From positions 1 to 49,662 of the forward strand of contig PBTH01000046.1 of the NCBI GenBank assembly GCA_002726495.1: a stretch of DNA of 49,662 nt, given 5' to 3'. Of this stretch, positions 37,165 to 46,191 are shown piece after piece. The translations under genes and the position numbers were made by a program. Positions within the stretch are counted from its first letter, which is position 1. Each line of letters starts with the position of its first letter. The notes under the pieces were generated by a model that was not told the origin of the DNA, ran no database searches, and saw only the letters and a list, made by a program, of their open reading frames with translations. Source of the DNA: Methanobacteriota archaeon (lineage in GTDB: Archaea; Thermoplasmatota; Poseidoniia; Poseidoniales; Poseidoniaceae).

Positions 37165-38456
37165 TCGTAATCCCCCATTGTCGTCAAAACATCATCGAGT
37201 GCTGCAACCATGCCGTTGATATGATGTTCTTCATGAGCGGTAGCAATAAATCCAATCTCATACGCTGAAGGTGCCAACATGTAACCTCGCTCCAGCAAGC
37301 CATGGTGAATATCTGCATAGATAACTCCGGCATCCTTTGGAATACGGTCGGCTCGTGATGGTGGTGCCTGTTCACCTGGAGAAAACCAAAACAGGCTGCC
37401 CATACGAACGAGGCGCATTGGATGCCCATGCCTATGTAAGACCTTACCTACCTCGGTTTCAAGAAGCGACCCCAACTCTTCCAACCTGTCGTAGGCTTCA
37501 TCGGTAAGAAGTTCGAGAGTTTTCGCACCAGCTGCCATAGCCAATGGGTTTCCTGAGAGAGTTCCTGCTTGGTAAACGGGACCTAAGGGTGACAAATGTT
37601 GCATGATTTCGTCCCGGGCGCCGTAGGCCCCAACAGGCAATCCACCGCCAATGACTTTGCCAAGCGCAGTGATATCAGGTGTTATGCCACAAAGGTCACC
37701 GTAACTCCCGTCTTTGAATCTAAATCCACTTATGACTTCATCAAAAATGAGCAAGGCTCCGTGCTGGTCGCAGAGCTCCCTCAGGCGAAGCAAAAAGGAT
37801 TGTGATTGGACAAGCAGTCCATTGTTTGCCGGAAGAGGTTCAATCACAATGGCCGCAATCTCATTGCCGTGTTCATTGAACAAATATTCTACGGCTTCCA
37901 CATCGTTAAGAGGAGCGATCAATGTGGTAGCGACGGTTTGTTCTGGAATTCCTGGGCTGCTAGCAATCCCAAAGGTGGCCAAACCACTACCTGAACTAAC
38001 CATAAGCGAATCAACATGTCCGTGATAACAGCCTTCAAATTTTATCAGAATATCTCGTTGAGTGTACCCTCTCGCAAGACGGACCGCACTCATCACTGCC
38101 TCTGTTCCGGAAGAAACGAATCGTACTTTATCCATATGACTGAATCGCTTTTTGACAAACTTGGCGAGTTTTATTTCACCTCTGTGCGGGGCTCCAAATG
38201 AGGTGCCATTTTGCATTTTCTCATACACGGTTTCTAGAATATTAGGGTGAGCATGCCCGTGAATCAGAGGCCCCCATGATTGTACGAAGTCGACCAACTC
38301 ATTCCCATCAACATCAGTCACAATCGCACCGGATGCTTTCTCAAAATAAATTGGGTTGCCGTGTACGGATTTGAAAGCCCGAACCGGCGAGTTTACTCCT
38401 CCAACAAGGTGGTCTACTGCCTCTAGATGAAGTTCGTTAGATTGTGAGCGCTCCAT
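37161..38456 (-). CDS. hemL: Glutamate-1-semialdehyde 2,1-aminomutase
   Basis: Motifs GGVNSPVRAF, SGTEAVMSAVRLAR, FDEVISGFR, GKVIGGGLPVG and QAGTLSGNP. Confidence 0.97.
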   Translation of the reverse strand: MERSQSNELHLEAVDHLVGGVNSPVRAFKSVHGNPIYFEKASGAIVTDVDGNELVDFVQSWGPLIHGHAHPNILETVYEKMQNGTSFGAPHRGEIKLAKFVKKRFSHMDKVRFVSSGTEAVMSAVRLARGYTQRDILIKFEGCYHGHVDSLMVSSGSGLATFGIASSPGIPEQTVATTLIAPLNDVEAVEYLFNEHGNEIAAIVIEPLPANNGLLVQSQSFLLRLRELCDQHGALLIFDEVISGFRFKDGSYGDLCGITPDITALGKVIGGGLPVGAYGARDEIMQHLSPLGPVYQAGTLSGNPLAMAAGAKTLELLTDEAYDRLEELGSLLETEVGKVLHRHGHPMRLVRMGSLFWFSPGEQAPPSRADRIPKDAGVIYADIHHGLLERGYMLAPSAYEIGFIATAHEEHHINGMVAALDDVLTTMGDYE

Positions 38457-38465
38457 GCTGATACC

Positions 38466-39446
38466 TCATTCAATCAAGCCTTCGCGAATCGCCTCGCGGG
38501 CATGATAAGACACAATAATGTCTGCTCCCGCCCTTTTGAAGGCATGCAGTACCTCACGAATCATAGCCTTTCGTTGATGATCATCGGGATTTGAATTCAT
38601 GACCATGGAGTACTCACCGCTCACATTGTAAACCGCAACTGGCCGAGAAACGGCATCTGCAACTTGGCGAAGGACATCCAGATAAGGTAATCCAGGTTTG
38701 ACCATAATGACATCTGCGCCCTCTTTTTCATCGTTGAGCGCTTCTAAAATTGCCTCTGAATACCCCGAACGGACATCCATTTGATGGCTTCCGCGATCTC
38801 CGAATATAGGAGATGAAGAGGCTGCATCTCGGAATGGACCGTAAAAGGATGAGGCGTATTTGACCGCATAAGATAGGATGCCTGTCGAGGTATGACCCTT
38901 AGATTCAAGGGCCTCCCGAATTGCTGTGACACGGCCATCCATCATGTCCGAAACCGATACATAATCGGAACCAGCCTCAGCATGTGCAATGGCTATTTCC
39001 ACCAAGCGTTGAACGGTTACATCGTTGTCGATTTGATGGTCAACAATGACACCGCAGTGGCCATGGTCGGTAGCGGTACAAAGACAAACATCTGTGAAAA
39101 GAACAATTTGTTCTCCAAAATGCTTCTTTAACTCTCGTACGGCGATGATTCCATGCATGTCCATGTCCGATGCTGCACTAGCAACACTGTCTTTGTGTTC
39201 GGGTTCAACAACGGTAAACAACATGTGGGCGCTAAGCCCGTGTTTAATATCCTCCGCGATGGTTTTCAAAAGTACATCTATTGACTGCCGTTGTATCCCT
39301 GGCATTCCAGAAATCGGCTCATCAATGTCTTTTCCTGAAACAACGAAATGGGGTTGTACGAGAGATTTAGAGATCGATGAACTGAACACAAGATTCCGCC
39401 TTGCTTCTGTCCAACGATTGATTCTCGGCCTAACTCGCATCCTCAT
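38466..39446 (-). CDS. hemB: Porphobilinogen synthase (Zn-type)
   Basis: Motifs DVCLCTATDHGHCG, SDMMDGRV, KYASSFYGPFRDAA, MVKPG and YNVSGEY. Confidence 0.96.
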   Translation of the reverse strand: MRMRVRPRINRWTEARRNLVFSSSISKSLVQPHFVVSGKDIDEPISGMPGIQRQSIDVLLKTIAEDIKHGLSAHMLFTVVEPEHKDSVASAASDMDMHGIIAVRELKKHFGEQIVLFTDVCLCTATDHGHCGVIVDHQIDNDVTVQRLVEIAIAHAEAGSDYVSVSDMMDGRVTAIREALESKGHTSTGILSYAVKYASSFYGPFRDAASSSPIFGDRGSHQMDVRSGYSEAILEALNDEKEGADVIMVKPGLPYLDVLRQVADAVSRPVAVYNVSGEYSMVMNSNPDDHQRKAMIREVLHAFKRAGADIIVSYHAREAIREGLIE

Positions 39447-41130
39447 CTCTCCTTTGGTTCCACCACGATGTTATGAATTCTACAGTTGGCCCATCTAGCA
39501 CTTCAACGGATGATTGGGAGAAGGGAGCCAGTTGTCCAACCTGCTTCTGTGTACTAAGGCCCATGCACAGTATATTTGTTGGTATGGGTAGACCGTTCTC
39601 AACCCAAGCCATGGCTGAAGAAGGAGAGGACAACAGCAAAACGTCATTGCTTTCAAGTTCTACATGAGGGACTTTCTTGATTTGGTTTTCATAACCAACC
39701 CATGCAGTGACATCGTACCCGTGGCGGGTGAGTTCCTCGGCGAGATAAGATGATCCAATATCTGACTTTGGCAACATCAACGGAGTACTGGTTGGGATTT
39801 TTTTCATGATAAAGGCCGCCAATTCCTTAGCATTACGTGCTTGGGCACAGATGGAAACTGTAACGCCCATGCGAAAACAAGCACGGGCCGTTCCTTCTCC
39901 AATGGCCAGCCATTGAATGCGGTTGATATCTTGATTTTCTCCGGAAACCTCTACTGCACAACGTGCAGCAAATGGAGATGTGAGTACAAGATATGGCCAT
40001 GATGAGCGAACGGAATCTGTTTCGATAAATTCAGAAGGCCAATTTTGATGTTTTGGGGTCAACGTTACGACTGGCTGGTTGACCACAGCAATTCCTTTTT
40101 TGTGGAGAATATGTGAAATCCTATCCGAATTAAGAGTTGAAACAATCTTAGGCGAATCAACCATCTGGAGTCCGTCATCCAAATCCTCCGAAGGAAGACT
40201 AATGTTCAATTCATCGTAATGTCCACTGAAGTGGAAGGTCTCAAACGAACGACCTTTACAGAAAATTGCTCGCCAATTTTTAGGTGCGATTTTTACATCT
40301 ACTTGTTGTCCTTTTACTTGTATACCGGCCGGGTAAAGGCACCCACCGCCGATGGAAGACAGAAGTTCACGCTCCTTGGTTACGCTGTCTTCGGTCATTG
40401 GATGATTGAGAATTGAACGTATGTGGGCGAGGTTGGCTTGATCTTCTGTGCGGCAGTGGACGCTGATCGCCCCTTGACCTGGTGCAGTGGGCCAATTGGT
40501 GTCGGAAATCCGAAGGGCTGCGCATTTCAGCATCCAAGGCTCGAGCCCCCCAACGCTGTGAAGACGCTGAAGGCCAACTTCTGCCAGTACGATTGTATCC
40601 ACGCGCCCTTCATGCAGACGCTTTAGTCTCGTCTCTACACGACCACGAACGGCAATTGGAATCAAATCAGGCCGTTGGCTTAACAAAAAAGACTGGCGGC
40701 GACCAGAAACGGTCCCGACCGTGCTACCTTTTGCCAAATTCATCAGGGCTTCCGAAAGCGTTGAAGATTCTTTGTGTTTGAGTACTTGATCTAGCGTATC
40801 AAGGCCCGGAGCATGTTGAAAGATTAAGACATCAGAGGTTGAACCACGTTCTAGATACGATAAGCATGCTATTGATGATGCAACATCTACTGGTACATCT
40901 TTACTGGAATGAACTGCTAGGTCGATATGGCCTTCCATCAATTTCTTGTCCACTGCATGGATGAACTGGCCAACTTGGGAAGAAAGGTCACCGCCTAAAG
41001 AGCGGTCTCCACTTGTTGTGATTCCTACAAGTTCTGTTTCTATACCCTTCTCGTTGAGAAGATGTTCAACACGTCTAGCCTGCCAAGTCGCAAGTGCCGA
41101 GGTACGGGTTCCAATTCTAAGTTTGTTCAA
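39430..41130 (-). CDS. hemC: Hydroxymethylbilane synthase - uroporphyrinogen III synthase fusion (HemC-HemD)
   Basis: HemC motifs IGTRTSALA, HSSKDVP, RGRVETRL, APGQGA and GGGC; C-terminal HemD motifs LTSPFA, AIGEGTA, YEN, SSPSSA and CMGLST. Confidence 0.88.
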   Translation of the reverse strand: MNKLRIGTRTSALATWQARRVEHLLNEKGIETELVGITTSGDRSLGGDLSSQVGQFIHAVDKKLMEGHIDLAVHSSKDVPVDVASSIACLSYLERGSTSDVLIFQHAPGLDTLDQVLKHKESSTLSEALMNLAKGSTVGTVSGRRQSFLLSQRPDLIPIAVRGRVETRLKRLHEGRVDTIVLAEVGLQRLHSVGGLEPWMLKCAALRISDTNWPTAPGQGAISVHCRTEDQANLAHIRSILNHPMTEDSVTKERELLSSIGGGCLYPAGIQVKGQQVDVKIAPKNWRAIFCKGRSFETFHFSGHYDELNISLPSEDLDDGLQMVDSPKIVSTLNSDRISHILHKKGIAVVNQPVVTLTPKHQNWPSEFIETDSVRSSWPYLVLTSPFAARCAVEVSGENQDINRIQWLAIGEGTARACFRMGVTVSICAQARNAKELAAFIMKKIPTSTPLMLPKSDIGSSYLAEELTRHGYDVTAWVGYENQIKKVPHVELESNDVLLLSSPSSAMAWVENGLPIPTNILCMGLSTQKQVGQLAPFSQSSVEVLDGPTVEFITSWWNQRRDEDAS

Positions 41131-42518
41131 CTTATGACCTCCGAGAGCGAAGATTTTCCGTTGATGTCAAGAACGGTTTTTCTTACATCGGATGAGACTC
41201 TCTCGAGGATTTTGGAATCAAATGGTCGGTTCGTTCGTAGAACGAGTTTGTCAATTTCATCAGAGCTGAATGGCCCTTCTTGATTGCAAAGCCAAGTTGC
41301 AATTTCTCTTGAAAATGCACTCAATTGTTGTGGCTGGTCACCATTCAGAGACTCGAAAGATGACCATTGTTTTGCCAAATCTTCCATGGTTGAATACATA
41401 AATGCTCGGAATTTTGCTTGTGTTCTTTGGGTCAGGGCCGTCATGAACCTTGATTCAATTTCGTCAAGAAGGAACTCACTTTTTTGGATCGTAGCATCAT
41501 AATCCCACTCAATTCCAAGTTTACGGGAGACACGAATCCAATGTTCCATCCCGTAATGGACATGGAAGGGTTTCATTGAACCTGGTTCAATGGAGGGGGG
41601 CCAAGCAAAATCCATAACAATGGATTTTGAAGAAACCGGCAATGGGAGGCCTTTATGATACGTTGCAGATTTGTTGCGGATCGTTGATACGACGAGGTCT
41701 GTTGCGGTGGCGGTAGTATTCCAAGAGTCAAATGATTTCATTTCAACCTGTTTTGCAAGCAAAGGATGACGTAGAGCGGATTGTTCAGGGGAACGAGAAA
41801 CTACGCAGATTTGGGTTTGGCCAAGGTCCAATAAAGTCTCCACGGCTTTGCTGCCCATTTCACCAAACCCGAGAACAGTGCAACTCAGTTCTGTATTTTG
41901 AGAAATAATCTCCTCCAAAGCATTCGTTGCTAAATTTAGCATGGATTCCGTGGTTTGTGTGAAGCCAAATTCCTTTCTCAACACTCGATTAGCTGAGATT
42001 ACATGGTCAAAGAAAGAACCGTTGGCCATATCAATAAAATCATGTTCTCTATGCCATGACACTGCATCTCTAAACTGACCCATAATTTGGAGCTCTCCCA
42101 TCATGAAGGAATCAAGGCCGCTACATATTTTGACCAATTTACGCCAGACATCAAGCCCTTTTGTATGAACGAACGGGACGTTTGATTGTCCTGTTTGCTG
42201 ATTAACGTGCTTCTCAAGTTCATCCGGCTCCACAGAAAAACCAACATAGAGGACACGATTGCAAGTTGAGAGTTCAAAAACATCGTGTTTTATTGAGGAT
42301 TTAAGCCCCTGAACAAATTCAAGTCTCTGCTCTAAAGGCAGTCCCTCGGTAGTAATGGATTTAGCCTGCTCCACGTTTTCCGAGTCCAATTTGAGGGAGA
42401 TCATTGAGACGCTGTCCATGAGGGATTTTGCATCTATTTTTTTCCCATTAATCTCGTGACTGGGGGCTTCATTAAAGAACCGGGACAAATCAATTTTAGG
42501 GGCTCCTAAAAAGTCCAT
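41127..42518 (-). CDS. hemA: Glutamyl-tRNA reductase (divergent)
   Basis: Motifs STCNR, SGLDSFMMGELQIMGQ, GFGEMG and DFAWP; first gene of the hem operon. Confidence 0.85.
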   Translation of the reverse strand: MDFLGAPKIDLSRFFNEAPSHEINGKKIDAKSLMDSVSMISLKLDSENVEQAKSITTEGLPLEQRLEFVQGLKSSIKHDVFELSTCNRVLYVGFSVEPDELEKHVNQQTGQSNVPFVHTKGLDVWRKLVKICSGLDSFMMGELQIMGQFRDAVSWHREHDFIDMANGSFFDHVISANRVLRKEFGFTQTTESMLNLATNALEEIISQNTELSCTVLGFGEMGSKAVETLLDLGQTQICVVSRSPEQSALRHPLLAKQVEMKSFDSWNTTATATDLVVSTIRNKSATYHKGLPLPVSSKSIVMDFAWPPSIEPGSMKPFHVHYGMEHWIRVSRKLGIEWDYDATIQKSEFLLDEIESRFMTALTQRTQAKFRAFMYSTMEDLAKQWSSFESLNGDQPQQLSAFSREIATWLCNQEGPFSSDEIDKLVLRTNRPFDSKILERVSSDVRKTVLDINGKSSLSEVIS

Positions 42519-42604
42519 CTCTTCCCCCTCTTCTCACCTTTGGAGACCTCAGTATACGAACCTTTGTTAACGGCACACTCCAAATGAAATTAAAAAACCT
42601 AATT

Positions 42605-42994
42605 TCATAACAAAGCCCGAACCGATGCTCTGGCATGGGGTTCAAGGCGAGGTTCGATGTGATGTGGTTCCGCTCCGGGCCCTATAATTCCAAGTCCAAT
42701 CGGCTTGTTATGCTTGAGTTGAAGTTCCAATATTGTCTTCATCACAGCTTGGCCCATTGCAAGCCCATGCTGTGTTTCACCCTTTTCGATGATGCCCAAA
42801 CAAACGGCTCCGTCGTGAGTCTTCATCATTCGGTCCAAAGCGAGTGGAACCTCCATGGAACCGTTCACCCACACCACGTCCCCTACGGTCATTTTCAGGG
42901 TCCTGGCTTCATCCTGAGCCCACATGAGCATGCGCTCAACTTCATCCTTGTGGTAAGAGCCACACACCATGCCCACACGTTTGCTCATACCCAT
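42605..42994 (-). CDS. ribH: 6,7-dimethyl-8-ribityllumazine synthase
   Basis: Motifs VNGSMEVP, LGIIEKGETQH and KPIGLGIIGP; last gene of the rib operon. Confidence 0.88.
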   Translation of the reverse strand: MGMSKRVGMVCGSYHKDEVERMLMWAQDEARTLKMTVGDVVWVNGSMEVPLALDRMMKTHDGAVCLGIIEKGETQHGLAMGQAVMKTILELQLKHNKPIGLGIIGPGAEPHHIEPRLEPHARASVRALL

Positions 42995-42999
42995 CGCTT

Positions 43000-43608
43000 T
43001 CAGTTCTCCTGTTTCATTATTCGCTCAACCGTTGCAACGATTGTTTGCGTCATGGAATCAATTTCAAGATTGACATGGTCTCCGATCTTAGATGTTCCAA
43101 AGGTTGTAAGTCTGAGTGTTTCAGGGATCAGGTGAATGTTGAATTCACTTCCAGTCACTTCCCCGATTGTGAGCGAGGCCCCGTTCAGTCCAATGTAGCC
43201 TTTTTCATGGATGTACTTCGTCAGTCCACTCTGTATTCCTAACTTCATGTCAACACCGTCTCCTTGAGGCGCAATTTCGTGAATGACTGCCATCCCCATG
43301 ATGTGACCAGAAAGGAGGTGTCCACCCAATTCATCACCCATTTTTAGGGACCGTTCAACATTCACACGACTTCCAACCGCCAAGGTTTGGAGGTTGGTAC
43401 GTTGCAATGTTTCCGGGATGACATCAAAACAAGCGTTGTTCCCTTGAATCTCTGTGGCCGTTAGACATGCACCGTTGATCGATACGCTAGCACCTCGGTT
43501 GAGGTTGTCTGTTGAGGGGAGTTCGATGGTAAACGTCCAAACACTCCCTTCGTTTTCAAGCGCCGTTACGATGCCAATTCCCTGGACAATACCTGTAAAC
43601 ATGCTCAT
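43000..43608 (-). CDS. ribE: Riboflavin synthase (bacterial/eukaryotic homotrimeric type)
   Basis: Motifs MFTGIV, SINGACLT, VNVERS, GGHLLSGH, LNGASLT and IPET...NLEID. The true start may be ATG 43602 (MFTG). Confidence 0.93.
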   Translation of the reverse strand: MSMFTGIVQGIGIVTALENEGSVWTFTIELPSTDNLNRGASVSINGACLTATEIQGNNACFDVIPETLQRTNLQTLAVGSRVNVERSLKMGDELGGHLLSGHIMGMAVIHEIAPQGDGVDMKLGIQSGLTKYIHEKGYIGLNGASLTIGEVTGSEFNIHLIPETLRLTTFGTSKIGDHVNLEIDSMTQTIVATVERIMKQEN

Positions 43609-44045
43609 GCACCGTTACTCTTTGCTCGCTCCAATATTTTGGCAATAATTTTTCGTGTTCCATCCAGATCATCGGACAATCCTTCCACGCGAACAACTCG
43701 GATGGAAGTATATCCACGTTCATCCAATGCCCTTCTAATGCTGTCTTCAGCATGCTCTTGGTCGTAGCCCAAGGCAATGACATCCGGTTGGATTTGTGGG
43801 AGAATATCAAAAATTGGTACCTCGGGTGAATTTCCAACGACCACTTCATCAACGGGTTTTAGGCCAGCAACCATCCGTTGACGAAGTTCTTGATTGGTGA
43901 TTGGTTCATGCTTTCTTTGCCGTACAGTATCATCGTGAGCTACAACAACGGTGAGATGGTCACCCAATGACTTGGCTTGCTCAAGATAATGCAAGTGGCC
44001 GGCATGGAGTAAATCAAAAACACCAACTGCCATCACGCGTTTCAT
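43605..44045 (-). CDS. ribL: Archaeal FAD synthase (cytidylyltransferase fold)
   Basis: Motifs GVFDLLHAGHLHYL, VVVAHD, LKPVD and PDVIALGYDQ; inside the rib operon. Confidence 0.88.
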   Translation of the reverse strand: MKRVMAVGVFDLLHAGHLHYLEQAKSLGDHLTVVVAHDDTVRQRKHEPITNQELRQRMVAGLKPVDEVVVGNSPEVPIFDILPQIQPDVIALGYDQEHAEDSIRRALDERGYTSIRVVRVEGLSDDLDGTRKIIAKILERAKSNGA

Positions 44046-44092
44046 TGGACCACCTTTTGCGACGTGTTACCCGGACTTCAAGAGCATAACGG

Positions 44093-44848
44093 TCATGCTT
44101 CAAGGCCAAGAGCAGACATGAGGTCCGCTCCTTCCAGGAATGGGATGTTTCGTTGTTCTGCCCATGCTCTAGCATCGTCCACACTTAGGGCAAAATCGCC
44201 ATCTGGTTCAAGCATCTCTGCTCCGATGACAACGGGTGTCATGCCGGACAAACGAGCAAGCCCGACTGCAAGTTCAGTATGACCCTGACGAACAGAAAGC
44301 CCACCCTTGGCTTCCCTACACACTGGTATGTGGCCGGGTGTTCGGAACTCTTTACCGAGATGAGCAATTGCTTGTTCGGTCTTGACTTCATCATTGAGAC
44401 ACGTTGAGGTTAATTCTGTGAATCTTCTTGTCGTAAGCGCACGATCATGGTCGGTAATGCCTGTGTAAGTGTCCCTATGATTCAGAGAGAGTGTGAAGGC
44501 GGAGCGTGAATCATATCGCAAATCGTCTGTAATGAGGTGCGTAAGGACTGGATATGTGGAGGTTGCTTCATTTGTTGTGTGCAAATCTTGGAGGTAGGGA
44601 AGGCCAAACAGGTCACCCACCTCATCTCCAATCGCCAGAAAGAGGAGCCCCCCGCAATCCTGTCGCAATTGTCGCATTGTTTCGGGGTTAGCGTGCTCAC
44701 CGGGAAACAGTAAATCGGTTTCTCCTTCTCGCTTTTCAGAGTCAAAAAGACATACTGGCTCTCCATTTTTGAAGGCGTTTATCGCCTTTTCCAAACGAGC
44801 GTCCATGCAGGTGGCTGTAGCCTCACCTTCATGAAGAGTCGTATGCAA
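44093..44848 (-). CDS. ribB: 3,4-dihydroxy-2-butanone-4-phosphate synthase (archaeal type)
   Basis: Motifs DSEKREGETD, YDSRSAFTLSLNHRDTYTGITDHDRA, FRTPGH and RQGHTE. Alternative start ATG 44806. Confidence 0.92.
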   Translation of the reverse strand: MHTTLHEGEATATCMDARLEKAINAFKNGEPVCLFDSEKREGETDLLFPGEHANPETMRQLRQDCGGLLFLAIGDEVGDLFGLPYLQDLHTTNEATSTYPVLTHLITDDLRYDSRSAFTLSLNHRDTYTGITDHDRALTTRRFTELTSTCLNDEVKTEQAIAHLGKEFRTPGHIPVCREAKGGLSVRQGHTELAVGLARLSGMTPVVIGAEMLEPDGDFALSVDDARAWAEQRNIPFLEGADLMSALGLEA

Positions 44849-44948
44849 TCACCATTGAAACCACCACCGCGCCACCATGAGAGCGGACAGCCAACAGAAA
44901 GAGGTTATCATAGGGTGCACCTTGGCTTGGTTTCGCGGGGGGGAAAAT

Positions 44949-46097
44949 ATGCCAGTTAAACTCGGACCAGCAGGCGTTCCATTGTCATGTAAGGGACGCA
45001 CAATTGTCGAAGGAATGGACGACATCATCTCCCTTGGTCTTGAGACCATGGAAGTACAAACCGTACGTATGGTTGCGCCCCAACATTTTGAACAATATTG
45101 GCAAGCAGGTGTTCTTGCTAACAAGACAAATTTTGAGATGAACATTCACGGACCTTACTACTCAGAACTGCTTGGTAACAAGGTCGAAAGAGGCCGCTCT
45201 CTTGCTAAAATTGAAGCGACATTACAAGCTGCAAGAACCGTCAATGCCCGACACATTACGCTCCACAGTGGACACTACGGTGAATTTGCAAGAGGGCATG
45301 AAGCAAACGAACAAGTTGCCAATGTATTTTCAGGAATTGTTGACCGCATTCACGAAATATGGAACGATGATGAAGATGAGTTCCCGGTATTTCCATGGAT
45401 TAAGGAAGGAACTCCCTCTAAAATCGGAGTAGAAACATCCGGCCGTCAAGAACTCTGGGGCAGTTTGGAAGAAGTGCTGGAAGTCGTCAATCACGTTGAG
45501 GGGACGATTCCGGTGCTCAATATTGCTCACATCCACGCACGTGGCCATGGGCGAATGCGTACCTCTGAAGATTATGGAGAACTGTTTGACATGGTCCGAG
45601 AATCGATTGGAACCAAAGAATTCTATTGCCACTTTTCTGGGGTTGAACATCGCACTGGAAATGCTATGCACTATACTCAAATCAAGAAATCCGACCTCAA
45701 CTTTGAGCCCTTGGCTGAATTTATCGTTGAAGACGGAGGCTGGCTTGACATCACCTTGATTTCCGACTCGCCACTGCTGGAACACGATGCCATGTACATG
45801 ATGCAAAACATCGAAAAATCACGCCATCGACAACTTGAGCGCAAGGCCCGAGAAGATCGACGAAGGGCACTTGCCCTTCAAACCGGCAAGAGCGAAGATG
45901 AACTCAAAACCAGTGAAACAGAACAGGCCCAAGCGCGAGAAGATGCAACTGAAGCGCCTAAAGAGGAGCCTGCTGCAGAGCCTGAACCCAAAAAGGAAAA
46001 AGCCCCTGCCGACAAGAAAAAGAAGGCTGCAAAGGGCAAAACGGAAGCCAAAGATGATGTCTTTGATTTTGAAGAAGAAGACGACGACTTGTTCTGA
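44949..46097 (+). CDS. Archaeal endonuclease IV-like TIM-barrel protein with charged C-terminal tail
   Basis: Motifs LGPAGVP, IHGPYY, LHSGHY, ETSGRQELWGSLEEV, HIHARG, HFSGVE and ISDSPLLEHDA. Start moved to ATG 44949. Confidence 0.8.
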   Translation: MPVKLGPAGVPLSCKGRTIVEGMDDIISLGLETMEVQTVRMVAPQHFEQYWQAGVLANKTNFEMNIHGPYYSELLGNKVERGRSLAKIEATLQAARTVNARHITLHSGHYGEFARGHEANEQVANVFSGIVDRIHEIWNDDEDEFPVFPWIKEGTPSKIGVETSGRQELWGSLEEVLEVVNHVEGTIPVLNIAHIHARGHGRMRTSEDYGELFDMVRESIGTKEFYCHFSGVEHRTGNAMHYTQIKKSDLNFEPLAEFIVEDGGWLDITLISDSPLLEHDAMYMMQNIEKSRHRQLERKAREDRRRALALQTGKSEDELKTSETEQAQAREDATEAPKEEPAAEPEPKKEKAPADKKKKAAKGKTEAKDDVFDFEEEDDDLF

Positions 46098-46191
46098 TGG
46101 CGGCTAGCATTGGCTTGTGAAAACCATATCTTGAATGTAATTTCATCGGGAAATGGTATAAACCAAAGAAGTGGCGAAGCAAACGATTGCT

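Noticed and set aside
42635-43135. His-rich 166-aa plus-strand ORF
   Set aside because: Antisense to ribH/ribE; the His richness reflects reverse-complemented ATG/GTG codons.
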